From Reclinomonas americana ATCC 50394 (taxonomy: Eukaryota), in the NCBI GenBank assembly GCA_048213135.1, contig PS015360.1, forward strand, positions 176,848 to 223,149: a stretch of DNA of 46,302 nt. The letters run 5' to 3'. The position numbers were made by a program, and so were the translations under genes. Below the pieces are notes generated by a model. The model was not told where the DNA came from. It made no database searches and was given only the letters and a program-made list of their open reading frames with translations. How positions within the stretch are numbered: position 1 is the first letter of the stretch; each line of letters starts with the position of its first letter. Below, in pieces: positions 24,831 through 36,920 of this stretch.

Positions 24831-27800
24831 TTGTTGCTGTTTTCGTTGTGGAGTGTTTCAGCAGCAGACTGACTGACGAGTGTGGATAGGGATACGACGT
24901 GCGATGCGGTGGAGGCGTGCTGCATCGACAGTTCCGACTGGGCCACTACGATCTGTCGCGCGGCTATCGCGTGCAGATGACGCTGGTGCGACACCAGTCG
25001 TACTGCGGCATGTGCTGGGTGCAGGCGAACACTGCCAACTTTGCGGCGACATCCGACGGACGGCGACTGGTTGTGGCGATGTGCGATCGAGAGGGGCGTG
25101 CGATGGGTGGCGCGACGGCGCACATGGTTGCGGGATCTGAGCTGCTGGAGCAGGTACTGCAGACGAACGAGCGCGGTGAGTCGGGCGTGGGAGATGGTTG
25201 TCGGATAGGAGGTCGAGGAGTGTCAGTGTTGACGAGCGATGTGTTGTGTAGGAGTGATTGACGTGCAGACCGACGATTCGTTCCGATGCGACTTCCTGGT
25301 GTGGCGACACGAGGCGAACTGGGGTGTGCTGCCTGTGTACTATGACAAGTTCCGTGAGTATCATGGAGCGCATCAACTGTATCGCGAGAAACAGCGGTTG
25401 CTCGGAGTGGCCAACAGTGATCGGTGAGTAGGCAGAGTGAGGATGGGAAGAGAATGTTGTTTTGCTGAATTGCTGGATGTGATCGCAGGTCGCTGTACAA
25501 GGCCGGTGAGGTTGTGACTGTGCATGGCCAGCTGCGAGTGGAAGACAAGGACGGACATTTGGTGTTTCCCAATCGCGAGTACTTTTCTGGTGCTCTGAAG
25601 AAGGCATCTGCGCCATTCCAGCCACGATTCATGCACAGGCTTCCATGGCAGCCCGTGGAACCAGCTGTTGTCGACATGGATGGTGTGCTGCATGATCGCG
25701 ATTGTTATCAGCGTGTCTCCGCGGTCTCATCCTGTACATGTACGATCTGCAGAGGCTATTGGCGGAGAAGCACCGTCGGTGGCTGCGACATTCTCGTATG
25801 AGAATCACCAGACGGACCACCGGATGACGATTGACGAGACTGGGTGGTCGTTTGATCTGCAGTTCACGCTGCCTGAGAGTGTGCGTGTGTGAATGTTATG
25901 ATAGTGTGGTGATGATGATTTCAGCGCTCACTCTGTGTGCTCTTGCTGTCGACCGAAAAAAGTGGGACGAGTCGCAAGGCGAGTCTGCGCGGATCGAGTT
26001 CAAGGTGAATCACTCGCGTCGGTGTGTGCTGGTGCTCGAGGGAGTGTCGATCACTGTCAAGGCGTTCCGCAAGCCCGGTTCGTGATGCGATGGCGGAGGA
26101 AGTAGATGGTGCGACTGACCGCACTGACTGTGCGTGTGACAGACTTTACGGTGACACCGACCATTGAGAAGCGCGACATGTATGTCAGCGGCGACGAGGT
26201 GCCGTCGGTGACTGTGTCCAAGTACCAGACAGGTGAGAGAGTTAGAAAGAGAGAGAGAGAGAGTGAGAGGGAGAGAGATGTGTTCGTATTCGTAGCACGC
26301 TTGCTCGTTCCATGGTTGTTATATGGGGTGGTAAAGACTAAAATACGATGCTGCAGACGACCCGGTGGTGGGCCAGCTTGTGACGTACCGGAAGACGCTG
26401 TCGTGCGCACAGGCATCGCCACTGAACAGCAGCAAAGTGTCGGCTGAGGCTCGTGAGCAACTGAGAGAGTACTTGTTCACCACGCCGTACGTGACGGTGG
26501 CGGAGCCTGCGATTCCTGTCACCGAGGCGACATCGGATCGAGCGGGAGAGTCGCGGCACACGTTTGTGGTGGACCACGTGAACTATCCGGTTCCGGTGCA
26601 AGTGCAACTGCAGGTGTGTGACGAGGGGAGGAGGGACGACGAGGAGTGAACGCAGTATCTCTCACCTGAGTGTGTCGTGATGGCAGGCGTCGCTGACGGA
26701 CTCGAGTGCGCAAACCTGGTGAGTGTGCACACAAGAGAGAGTGATTGGAGGAGGAGGAGGGTGCTCATATGTTTGGAGATCNNNNNNNNNNNNNNNNNNN
26801 NNNNNNNNNNNNNNNNNNNNNNNNNNNNNNNNNNNNNNNNNNNNNNNNNNNNNNNNNNNNNNNNNNNNNNNNNNNNNNNNNNNNNNNNNNNNNNNNNNNN
26901 NNNNNNNNNNNNNNNNNNNNNNNNNNNNNNNNNNNNNNNNNNNNNNNNNNNNNNNNNNNNNNNNNNNNNNNNNNNNNNNNNNNNNNNNNNNNNNNNNNNN
27001 NNNNNNNNNNNNNNNNNNNNNNNNNNNNNNNNNNNNNNNNNNNNNNNNNNNNNNNNNNNNNNNNNNNNNNNNNNNNNNNNNNNNNNNNNNNNNNNNNNNN
27101 NNNNNNNNNNNNNNNNNNNNNNNNNNNNNNNNNNNNNNNNNNNNNNNNNNNNNNNNNNNNNNNNNNNNNNNNNNNNNNNNNNNNNNNNNNNNNNNNNNNN
27201 NNNNNNNNNNNNNNNNNNNNNNNNNNNNNNNNNNNNNNNNNNNNNNNNNNNNNNNNNNNNNNNNNNNNNNNNNNNNNNNNNNNNNNNNNNNNNNNNNNNN
27301 NNNNNNNNNNNNNNNNNNNNNNNNNNNNNNNNNNNNNNNNNNNNNNNNNNNNNNNNNNNNNNNNNNNNNNNNNNNNNNNNNNNNNNNNNNNNNNNNNNNN
27401 NNNNNNNNNNNNNNNNNNNNNNNNNNNNNNNNNNNNNNNNNNNNNNNNNNNNNNNNNNNNNNNNNNNNNNNNNNNNNNNNNNNNNNNNNNNNNNNNNNNN
27501 NNNNNNNNNNNNNNNNNNNNNNNNNNNNNNNNNNNNNNNNNNNNNNNNNNNNNNNNNNNNNNNNNNNNNNNNNNNNNNNNNNNNNNNNGCGCTTTGTGAA
27601 GCCGGGAGTGGATCATTTCCTTGGATTTACGCTGACTGTGGAACACGTTGCGTTTGTTCGTGTGCATTCTATTGCATCTTCTCTTGCGCACACGCTGTGC
27701 TTGCACAGGAGGGCACGGTGCACTCGATTGAGATGAGGCTCAGCGAGTCGGTGCAATCGCTTGTTGCGACGGTTAAGGTGGAGAGCGTGTGCACCAGTGT

Positions 27801-30800
27801 TGACGTTGCAGAGTGCTCACTCAGTTGTTGGTGGATGATCGATGGTTCTGCAGGAGCTCGTGCCACACATGACCGGGTTGAGAACGGTACGAGGTCTGCG
27901 GCTGACCGACGATGAGGGGAAACTGCACCTGAGTCTTGGTGATGCTGGGGTGTTCTACGGAGATTGCATGATCATCGAAACGCCAATGCCGGCTGAAGGT
28001 GATTCAGGCCTGCTGTCTCTCTGATTGTCATGTTCGCTGACAGCTGTCAAAAGCTGCAAGGCAGCAAGTGGAAAGGCTTCAGGACGTCGTGAAGTCATCG
28101 ATCAGTAGTGTACTCCTGCGGGGAGAAACGTTGGACTCCCTGATGCCGAAGTCCGAAACGCTGAGCGCTTCAGCTGCCCGCTTCGGCGCGAAACCCAGAA
28201 GCGTGTTTTTAGATGACTCACGAGGTGGTGGTGGAATGATGGATCTACAACAGCAAGAGCAACAGGAAGCTAAGCCGCAAGAGGTTGTGGTGGTGGTGAG
28301 TAACAACTCTCCAGCAGTCAGCTCTTGAGCCGATTGATGCTCATCACAGATATTTTGATTGCAGCGCAACAATTTCTCGCCTATTGCAGCCTTCATCCCG
28401 CGCGCGACCACCGACGAGACTGGCCACGTGACTGTCCGCTTCGAGACGCCGGACTCGCTGACCAAGTTTCGTGTCCTCCTTGACGTGCACCACTTTGATT
28501 CATTTGTGCAGCAGTGCCAGAGGTGCTCACTGTGGTGCGGCGTAGGTACCGCATCTTCGTGTTTGCCAACAACGAGACCATGTTCAGTGGCGCAGCTGAG
28601 CTGCTGTTGACTGTGCGCATGGACTTTTCGATGCGGTGTGTGTGTGCTGCTGATGACTGCACTGTGTGTGTTAGTACTGGGTTGCACTCATATGTGCCTG
28701 GTGGGTATTGTAGGTTGACGATTCCACGCTTCCTGCACGTGGGCGACGAGTTCTCCGCGCAAATCACTCTGCTAAACTTCACCGACAAGGATTTGCGCAC
28801 ATCGCTGCTTGCACACTCGCCAGATGTGGTGATTCGGCAGCCCGCGCACTCCGTTTTCATTCCGGCGCGCGATCGGTAAGTGACGGGAGTTGTGCTTGTG
28901 TGGGTGGGTGAGTGGATCTCACTCTGTTTTATATTGTCGTGTCGGATGGCAGGTGCGATCTGAGTCTGGAGTGCACGGTGGAGGACGAAGTGATGGAGGC
29001 CAAGTTCAGTGCGGCTGCGTTTGCGCAGACGGTGGAGGAGGAGTCGCGCGAGTTGACGGATGCAGTGTATCTCGAGTTGCCGGTGTATGTACCGGTGGTG
29101 CCTGAGGAGGTGACGGCAGCTGGTGTGTTGGAGGGCGGTCAGCAGATTATTGCGCAGCGGATTCGTCGCAGCGACATTATGGTGCCAACGTACGGGTATC
29201 TGCGAGTGATGGCGTCGCGCGATCCCGGCATCCAGGTGTCGGGCATGGCGGAGGCGATGTACCGGTGTGTGTGTACATGTGTGTGCGCATGTGTGTAAGA
29301 GGATGACAGCTGACTTTTAGTGTGGTGGTGCAGGTACTTCTTGGATTGCACCGAGCAGCTGTCGTCAATGGTGCTGTGCTTGTCGTCGTGCTACGACTAT
29401 CCGGACTTGATCCCGCGGGTTTGTTTTTTGTTTTTGCGTGAGAACGTGAGCGATGGAAATTGTTGGCGCAGCTGACATTGGAGATGTGGTGGGAGTAGGT
29501 GTCAGCCGACCAGATTCTGAAGAAGGTGACGACGGCGCTGGTGTCGTTGAAGGGTCGGATTGTGAAGAAGCCGATCACCGGCTTCAACTCGTGGTGTGGG
29601 GTGCGTGTGTGTTTGTGCGCGAGTTGCAAGTCGGCAGCCTTTCTCACGTGTGTTGTTGCGCAGAACCATGTGGATCCGTTCTGCACCGTGTCGGCATATC
29701 AGGCACTTGTGTGTGCGGAGCGACGACTGCCGGCTGGGAGCCGTGCGGCGCAGCTGTGTCGCAGCATGCTGGCGGAAGTGGAGCCGTCGATGAGTGCATT
29801 CTTCAACACGGATCTGTCGTATGTGGAAGAGCACAACTCGTCACTGCGCGAGAATGCACATGCGCAGCTGTTCTTGGCGGCAGCGATTGGTGAGTGAAAG
29901 AGAGAGAGAGAGAGAGAGAGAGAGANNNNNNNNNNNNNNNNNNNNNNNNNNNNNNNNNNNNNNNNNNNNNNNNNNNNNNNNNNNNNNNNNNNNNNNNNNN
30001 NNNNNNNNNNNNNNNNNNNNNNNNNNNNNNNNNNNNNNNNNNNNNNNNNNNNNNNNNNNNNNNNNNNNNNNNNNNNNNNNNNNNNNNNNNNNNNNNNNNN
30101 NNNNNNNNNNNNNNNNNNNNNNNNNNNNNNNNNNNNNNNNNNNNNNNNNNNNNNNNNNNNNNNNNNNNNNNNNNNNNNNNNNNNNNNNNNNNNNNNNNNN
30201 NNNNNNNNNNNNNNNNNNNNNNNNNNNNNNNNNNNNNNNNNNNNNNNNNNNNNNNNNNNNNNNNNNNNNNNNNNNNNNNNNNNNNNNNNNNNNNNNNNNN
30301 NNNNNNNNNNNNNNNNNNNNNNNNNNNNNNNNNNNNNNNNNNNNNNNNNNNNNNNNNNNNNNNNNNNNNNNNNNNNNNCCTTGCGCAGGTACTCTCCAGC
30401 CTCGTCACGCTGCTTGCGATCCGCCTCGTCATCCGCCACTGTGTGTGTGTGTACAAGCACGGATGTGTGTGCGAGTGGCCTGCATGCATGCTCACTCGCT
30501 CGCTCACAGGCACATCAATCATCCCTCACCAGCCTCCATTTGAATGCGTCGGTCGAACACCGGAATCAGCAGCGCACAGCTCTCCACATCCAACGACGTG
30601 AAGTCCTCGATCTCCCACAGGCCCTTCATGATCGGAAGGACGAACGCTGCACAACACCAGCACCAGTCATCAGCCAGCAACACACGGACAGCTGAGGAAG
30701 TCACAAACACACAGCGGCGATCACGCACAACAAACGGCTCGGGTCGTTGCTCCGCTGCCATCACGCTGCGATGCAAGCACACCTGCACTCGTCACGCCGA

Positions 30801-33173
30801 AACCATTGAGCCACCCACTTGACAACACACCACACAGACACACACACTCTCCTNNNNNNNNNNNNNNNNNNNNCGCTCGACTTGATCAACAACTGGTGAG
30901 AGAGAAAGAGACAGAGAGGGAGAAGAGTCGCACTGTTGGTGATGGACTGTTGTGACCTGACGAGGTGCGTGGTGGAATGGAATAACAGCGTGGAAGACGA
31001 CGGCACGCATGCTCGACTGACGAGCTCGTTCTCGCGGATGTGGTCGGAGTACATTTTCGTCAACAGCAACCTGCGTGCGACGGCGTTGTTCTGTCGATCA
31101 CTGCTGGACTGTGGCATGGTGAGCGAGTGAATGGATGGATGTACGGACGGGAGTGAGTATGCACTGATGTAATGGATGCAGATGGACGATGATCGAGTGT
31201 TGATCGAGCCACTGAACGGACTGCGACTGTTGGTGCACCGACTGGTGCGTGGCATTGCGAAGGCACGCATTGCGACGCGAGTTGGATACTTTGGGACCAC
31301 TGTCGTTGCGTTTTCACATATCTTCTGTATGTCTCTCTCTCTCTCCCTTGCTCGTTCGCTCTCGCTCACTTGTGACCGCCGCTGTTGTCGTCGATGCGAA
31401 TGGTGATGTATCACTGAGCAGGAGAATGCTGTGGTGACGAATCTGCTGTGTCGGTACTACGAGCGCATGACGTCGGACCCTGAGGCGTCGCAAGTGCAAC
31501 TGTTCTACAAGGACATGTTGGTGCGCGAGCTGGAGGTGAAGCCGAAAGGTGCGTGGTTGTGTGGGAGGTGATGAACAAGGCGAGAACGAGAGAGAGAGAG
31601 AGAGAGAGAGNNNNNNNNNNNNNNNNNNNNNNNNNNNNNNNNNNNNNNNNNNNNNNNNNNNNNNNNNNNNNNNNNNNNNNNNNNNNNNNNNNNNNNNNNN
31701 NNNNNNNNNNNNNNNNNNNNNNNNNNNNNNNNNNNNNNNNNNNNNNNNNNNNNNNNNNNNNNNNNNNNNNNNNNNNNNNNNNNNNNNNNNNNNNNNNNNN
31801 NNNNNNNNNNNNNNNNNNNNNNNNNNNNNNNNNNNNNNNNNNNNNNNNNNNNNNNNNNNNNNNNNNNNNNNNNNNNNNNNNNNNNNNNNNNNNNNNNNNN
31901 NNNNNNNNNNNNNNNNNNNNNNNNNNNNNNNNNNNNNNNNNNNNNNNNNNNNNNNNNNNNNNNNNNNNNNNNNNNNNNNNNNNNNNNNNNNNNNNNNNNN
32001 NNNNNNNNNNNNNNNNNNNNNNNNNNNNNNNNNNNNNNNNNNNNNNNNNNNNNNNNNNNNNNNNNNNNNNNNNNNNNNNNNNNNNNNNNNNNNNNNNNNN
32101 NNNNNNNNNNNNNNNNNNNNNNNNNNNNNNNNNNNNNNNNNNNNNNNNNNNNNNNNNNNNNNNNNNNNNNNNNNNNNNNNNNNNNNNNNNNNNNNNNNNN
32201 NNNNNNNNNNNNNNNNNNNNNNNNNNNNNNNNNNNNNNNNNNNNNNNNNNNNNNNNNNNNNNNNNNNNNNNNNNNNNNNNNNNNNNNNNNNNNNNNNNNN
32301 NNNNNNNNNNNNNNNNNNNNNNNNNNNNNNNNNNNNNNNNNNNNNNNNNNNNNNNNNNNNNNNNNNNNNNNNNNNNNNNNNNNNNNNNNNNNNNNNNNNN
32401 NNNNNNNNNNNNGGGCTCACGCAACTCGTCTGCCTCGTACACCGCATGCAGCGACCGGTGCACCTCAAAGTTGCGGAACACAGCCTCCGCGAACTGCGGC
32501 TGCCGAGCGCATCGGAACGACACCTGCGCATATCACACGCACAACACTCACTATTCAGACTCCCCGACACTCCCTCCCCTTTCACGACGACAAAGAAATC
32601 CACACCTCGTAGAAGCATGGCGGTCCACCAGCCTTGTACACCACACAGTTCTGCGGAGCCGTGTCCACCTTGCGCATCGGCAGCATCATGTTGCTCATCT
32701 CTGCCGCTCATCAACACACACACACACACACTCCGGTCAGCTCTCTCTCTNNNNNNNNNNNNNNNNNNNNTGGGGTGGGGGAGGGGGAAAGTTAGTAAGC
32801 GATGCTGATGGATGAATGGTGCACCAGGAATTGTGGTCAGGCGATCACATGCTGCAGTATGTGGTGCGCGCCACGAGTCGCGGTCGATTCACGATGCCGG
32901 GTGCCAAGATTGAAGAGGTGAGGAGGGAAAGGANNNNNNNNNNNNNNNNNNNNGGGAGGGAGGGGAGGGAGGGAGGGAAGAGAGTGTGGGAAGGAAGGAA
33001 GGCAGACAGGAAGAATCGGTGTCGGTTGTGCATTTTGTCCTGTTGATTGACTAGGCATGGCATGGTGTGTGTGTGTGCGTGTGTGTCTCTCTCTCTGTGT
33101 GTGTGAATCGCAGCTGTACAGCCCGGAGAACTACGGCATCAGCGAGCCGTGCTTCATCACCGTGGTCGAATGA
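21661..33173 (+). CDS. Bacterial-type alpha-2-macroglobulin (thioester protein) with Ubl and R-SNARE-like inserts; interrupted by assembly gaps
   Basis: Motifs in the expected order: VRLSPSG..AQFSQPM; SDRSLYKAGEVVTVHGQLR; VKAFRKPDFTV; VRNNFSPIAAFIPRATTDETGHVTVRFETPDSLTKYRIFVFA; LTIPRFLHVGD; YFLDCTEQLSS (29347-29358); GYFGTTVENA; YVVRATSRGRFTMPGAKIEELYSPENYGIS; TGA at 33171-33173. Linking 21661-22110 to the rest crosses a gap and is inferred. Confidence 0.85.
24791..24829. repeat. (GAT)n microsatellite, intronic
   Basis: Directly visible just after the donor at 24781. Confidence 0.9.
30379..30853 (-). other. Gap-flanked contig carrying probable A2M thioester-domain exons in reverse orientation
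   Basis: Minus strand shows GT-AG introns and exons FVLPIMKGLWEIEDFTSLDVESCALLIPVF.. and VADDEADRKQRDEAGEYLRK. Its reverse-complement start continues the (GA)n intron that ends at 29925. Confidence 0.65.
32413..32750 (-). other. Gap-flanked contig carrying A2M C-terminal-region exons in reverse orientation
   Basis: Minus strand encodes ..VVYKAGGPPCFYE|VSFRCARQPQFAEAVFRNFEVHRSL, matching the G.G.LYY....Y....G..V.R.Y pattern. Its reverse complement starts with (AG)n, continuing 31610. Confidence 0.7.
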
Positions 33174-33281
33174 GACGCTTCATTGGGCGTGTAAGTTTCC
33201 TACGATTGATGTAGTTATGATATCAGCCTGTGGTGTATTCGTCATTCTACTGTGTTGTTGTGCCTCTGGGCTTGTTCACGT

Positions 33282-34276
33282 TCACTCCCAGTACACTCTA
33301 TCCGAGACGAACGGCGCAAAGGCGAAAAGCACTCCGTGTGTGTAGGCATCGATGCGCCCGAGATGACCCTTGGTCAACAGTCCCATGGCGCCCTGGTTGC
33401 TTCTCTGTGCACAGCAAACGGAAACTATAAGATTCGAGACGCGCCTGCGTGCTACAGTCGATAAGCATTACCACGTCAGTCAAGCCGCTCAGGTCGTCCA
33501 TGATCTGCGAATGCGGTAGTGAGCATGATCATCTCTGCGATGGCATGAGTATCGGCTCACGACGCAACATCAGCGAGTTCCGTGCCACTGCGGAGGCGTG
33601 CAAGGATCTTCTCACTGACCTGGAACCGCGCGGTGCTGCCAATGCCCTCCTTACCGTCACGACGGAGAGCGACCATCCAGCCGCACTCGAAATACGTGCC
33701 ATCGACCTGCGTTGAGTAACTCAGCCTCTGCTGGCAACTGGCAGATGCAACGCAGTCTGCGTTGACACTTTGCTTCGCACCTCTTCGACGCCTGTGTTGA
33801 CCACGCGTTGAGCACAGCTGTGGTCTTTCAGTGTTTCTCGGAAAATGTGACTGACATACCGCCTTCCAAGCCGAGGCCAAAGTCCGCTTCCGGCACAGCT
33901 TCCAGTGCGGCGCGAGCGCGATTCCGTGCGCCTTGGATCGTCTCCAGCGCACTGAACGGTTGCGCAGCCACACCCGAGGGCACTGTTTGCATTGATGATG
34001 ATCGAATGACATCATTATCCGACTGCAGCAGTCACGCATGCACATGCAAGTATGCTCACCAGTCACTGCCTCCACACGATAGCCATCGGCACCGAAATAC
34101 TTGTCGGCTGCGACCTGTGTGTGCATTTGTGTGTGCATGCAGTTTTTTTCGAAATGCTGCTGTCAAGCATTTACCTGCACTGCTGCGAGCTTTGCGGCAT
34201 TCTTGGTGCCGACGGCGAGCACCAGAGGCTTTCCAGTGGACTCGATGGTAGCAGCAGCAGCTGTTTCGCTCGACAT
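33282..34276 (-). CDS. yjjX: Non-canonical purine NTP phosphatase (inosine/xanthosine triphosphatase, YjjX family)
   Basis: Six exons splice to MSSE..LAVGTKNAAKLAAV..VPSGVAAQPFSALETIQGARNRA..ADFGLGLEGGVEE..GAMGLLTKGHLGRIDAYTHGVLFAFAPF..YWE*. This matches the E. coli YjjX motifs TNPAK, SGVPEQP, GARNR, IEAG and GAIG. Confidence 0.9.
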
Positions 34277-34370
34277 CGTGACGGACTGTGAATCGACGGA
34301 CACGACGGTCCTGCCCTTGTCTGCGACGTTGTTTCTCCGTGCAACCTCCTTTCATTCTTAACCTCCTTTA

Positions 34371-36846
34371 CTACTTTGATGTGTGGTACGAATACGACCG
34401 CTGTCGGCGGAATTCGTCGAACTCGTCAGCCCGGAAACCAATGCCGCGAAAGTCGGAGCCCATGCTTGCAGTGAAACCACCTGAGCCATCCTGTGCGTCA
34501 TGCATCAGTTGCTGGGCGCGTTCAGCGACACTGTCGGCATTCCGCGACGAGCTGCTGTTGCGAGAGGACGACCCAGTGGAACTGGCGGTGGACCGACGTG
34601 GCTCACGATCTGTTGTTGTCGTTGTCGTCCGTCGCGTTGCCACATACACCGGCGTGTCCTCGTCTTCGCTGATGTACGGCGAGTCCTCATCGTCACTGCC
34701 TCCGTGTTCACCGGTTCCTTTCATAGGAGCGTCTCGCCCCGCTGCGCCCTTGTCGGTGCGAAGCGCGGCCTTCCGGTAAAAATGATCAAGTGCACGCTGC
34801 ACGCGTGACGGCAACACCGACGCCTTGGCGGGCAGTGTGGTCGGGATATCGGAGACGATGATTGGTGTGTACGGTGCGCCACGCTTGGAGAGCTCAGCCA
34901 GGACGCCGCCGGGAATATTGAGGGCGGTGATCTTGCTGGAGAAGCCAATGCTGGGACCGCTGGCAACATGAGCCTCTGGCGGTGTAAACAAGCTCTAATC
35001 GCACGAGAACAAGGTGGTTGGCCGAGTGCGACGACAGCTGAATGCTCCCTCTCATAACCCTTCGCTCGAGTACGCAACGGGTGGCGCTCCGGGTGGTGCA
35101 GGCAGCAGAGAGCCTCGTTCAAGCAGAGCTCGTTCTCGAGCCCGCTGCAACTCACGAATCTCCTTCTCCAGACGACGCTCAGCCTCGCGAGATCCGTCGT
35201 CAATCACACTCTCGAGTTCGTCAAGGACCGTGACAGGGAATACTTTCTTGTGCGACCACCGATCGATGAGCTGAACACGAACGATGAGCGGAACGGAGTG
35301 AAAGGAGTATGGTGTGCACGAGAAGCAGTAACTCAACTCGCTCTATCGATCGCTCGTCTCGCTCATCACGAGCACAAGCCTCCATGCTTCGTGGCAGTTC
35401 ACGGAGCATGGCCACAGCGAGCGGATCGTCGAGGAAGTTGTAAGTTGTGTTTCCAGATGCTTGCCTACAGACGCCAGCGTGCGTGAGTAGCACACCAGCA
35501 GGGGCGACAACGCTAGTATCTGCACAGCGCACCGAGACACCAGCAGCTCGTCAACGAGATTCAGCATGTGCAGGGCAGCACCGTGCTCCAACTCGTCCTC
35601 AGCATGCCGTCGAATGAGTTTGGCCACAGTCGCCGGCGGTATCTGCAGGTGCGATTGGATCCACGCAGCCGTGCTCTGCAGCGCGCCGAGTCAGCCGCCA
35701 ATCTTTTGCACGAACACGCAGTCGACGGGGAGCGGAACGCACCGAGATTTCTTCATCGCCTTGAATGTGGCGAAGCATCTCTCTCAGCTGCTCCTGCTCG
35801 TCTGGTGGCTCTGCTCGCCAGTCCTCCTGCAACGCCAAGATGATCAGCAATTGTCTCATTGTGTGCAATAACTTGCACACAGGCAGCAAACACACACCTC
35901 GTGTGCGCCAATTGCGCCATCGGCGACTATGTGTGTTGCAGGCAGTGAGAAACGCAGGAGAGAAGCGTGTGATGCGCAGGCAACGTACCGTTTCCCAGGG
36001 TGAGCTGCTCGTGAATACGATGCAGGAGGTAGCGATAAAAGCCGTGAAACTCAGTTCCCGGAAAGAGGAATGCAAACTGCGGATTGCCATTGTGCTTCTC
36101 CCGCATGGACGCCTCGTACTGCGGACCACTGCGGACCACGTAGTTGGCAGTGCGCTCAATCAAGCCACGCAGCTCGACATCTGCACGCGCATAAGTCAGC
36201 GAGCATGCCAAGACAATGCAAACTCAGAGCGGCGATCACCGCACCAACAGGCGGCTGCGGTGTTGGAGGCAGCGGGGGAAGAGAAGGAGGAGGAGGAGGA
36301 GGAGGCGTAGCCATCATCATGTGCGACGGCGCATGAGCGTGGTGGTGATGCATCATTGGCAGTGGTGGTTGTGGCGGCATTGGAGGCGGTGGCAACACGC
36401 TGCCGCCCGGATGTTGATGTTGATGATAGTGATGTGGAGGCATAGGAGGAGCAGCAGGAGGTGGTGGAGGGTTGGGAGGTGGCGCACTGGCAGCATACTG
36501 TGCATGCATGTGCTGCGGGTGCATGTGTTGATAGTGATGGAAATGAGGTGGTGGTGGAGGTGGAGGTGGTGGTACGGCTTGCTGTTGCTGCTGATAGAAG
36601 GCTGCAGGCGGTGCAAGCAGCGATGGACCCGTCGGAGGCACCTGCATGCACATGAGTCAGAGTGTGTGTGTGTGAGAGAGAGAGAGAGTGAGAGTGGGAA
36701 CATGTGTCAACCTGCATGTAGCCGTGTGGTGGTGGTGGTGGTTGTGGTGGTGTCGGCGCTTGTGGTGCCTGTGGGTAGCCGTATGGCAGTGGTTGCGGCT
36801 GCGGAGGAGCACCACCGCCATACCCGTGAGGATACGGGTATGACAT
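34371..36846 (-). CDS. CHERP: CHERP-like splicing factor (Pro-rich N-terminus, SURP, CID-like region)
   Basis: SURP domain LIERTANYVVRSGPQYEASMREKHNGNPQFAFLF..HGFYRY. LNIPGGVLAEL..YTPI..DIP..ALDHFY segment. C-terminus FRGIG..DEFDEFRRQRSYSY resembles the CHERP end DPYENYRRNKSYSF. Confidence 0.8.
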
Positions 36847-36920
36847 GTGTGCGTTGTGCTGAGATGTAGGGAAGAGGAGGACGACAGTGGTGGGACTTTG
36901 ATTCTCATCGTCACGTTCAT

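Noticed and set aside
28068-28328. Independent small SNARE gene
   Set aside because: No ATG, longin domain, TM anchor or CAAX; it splices in frame into the A2M exons.
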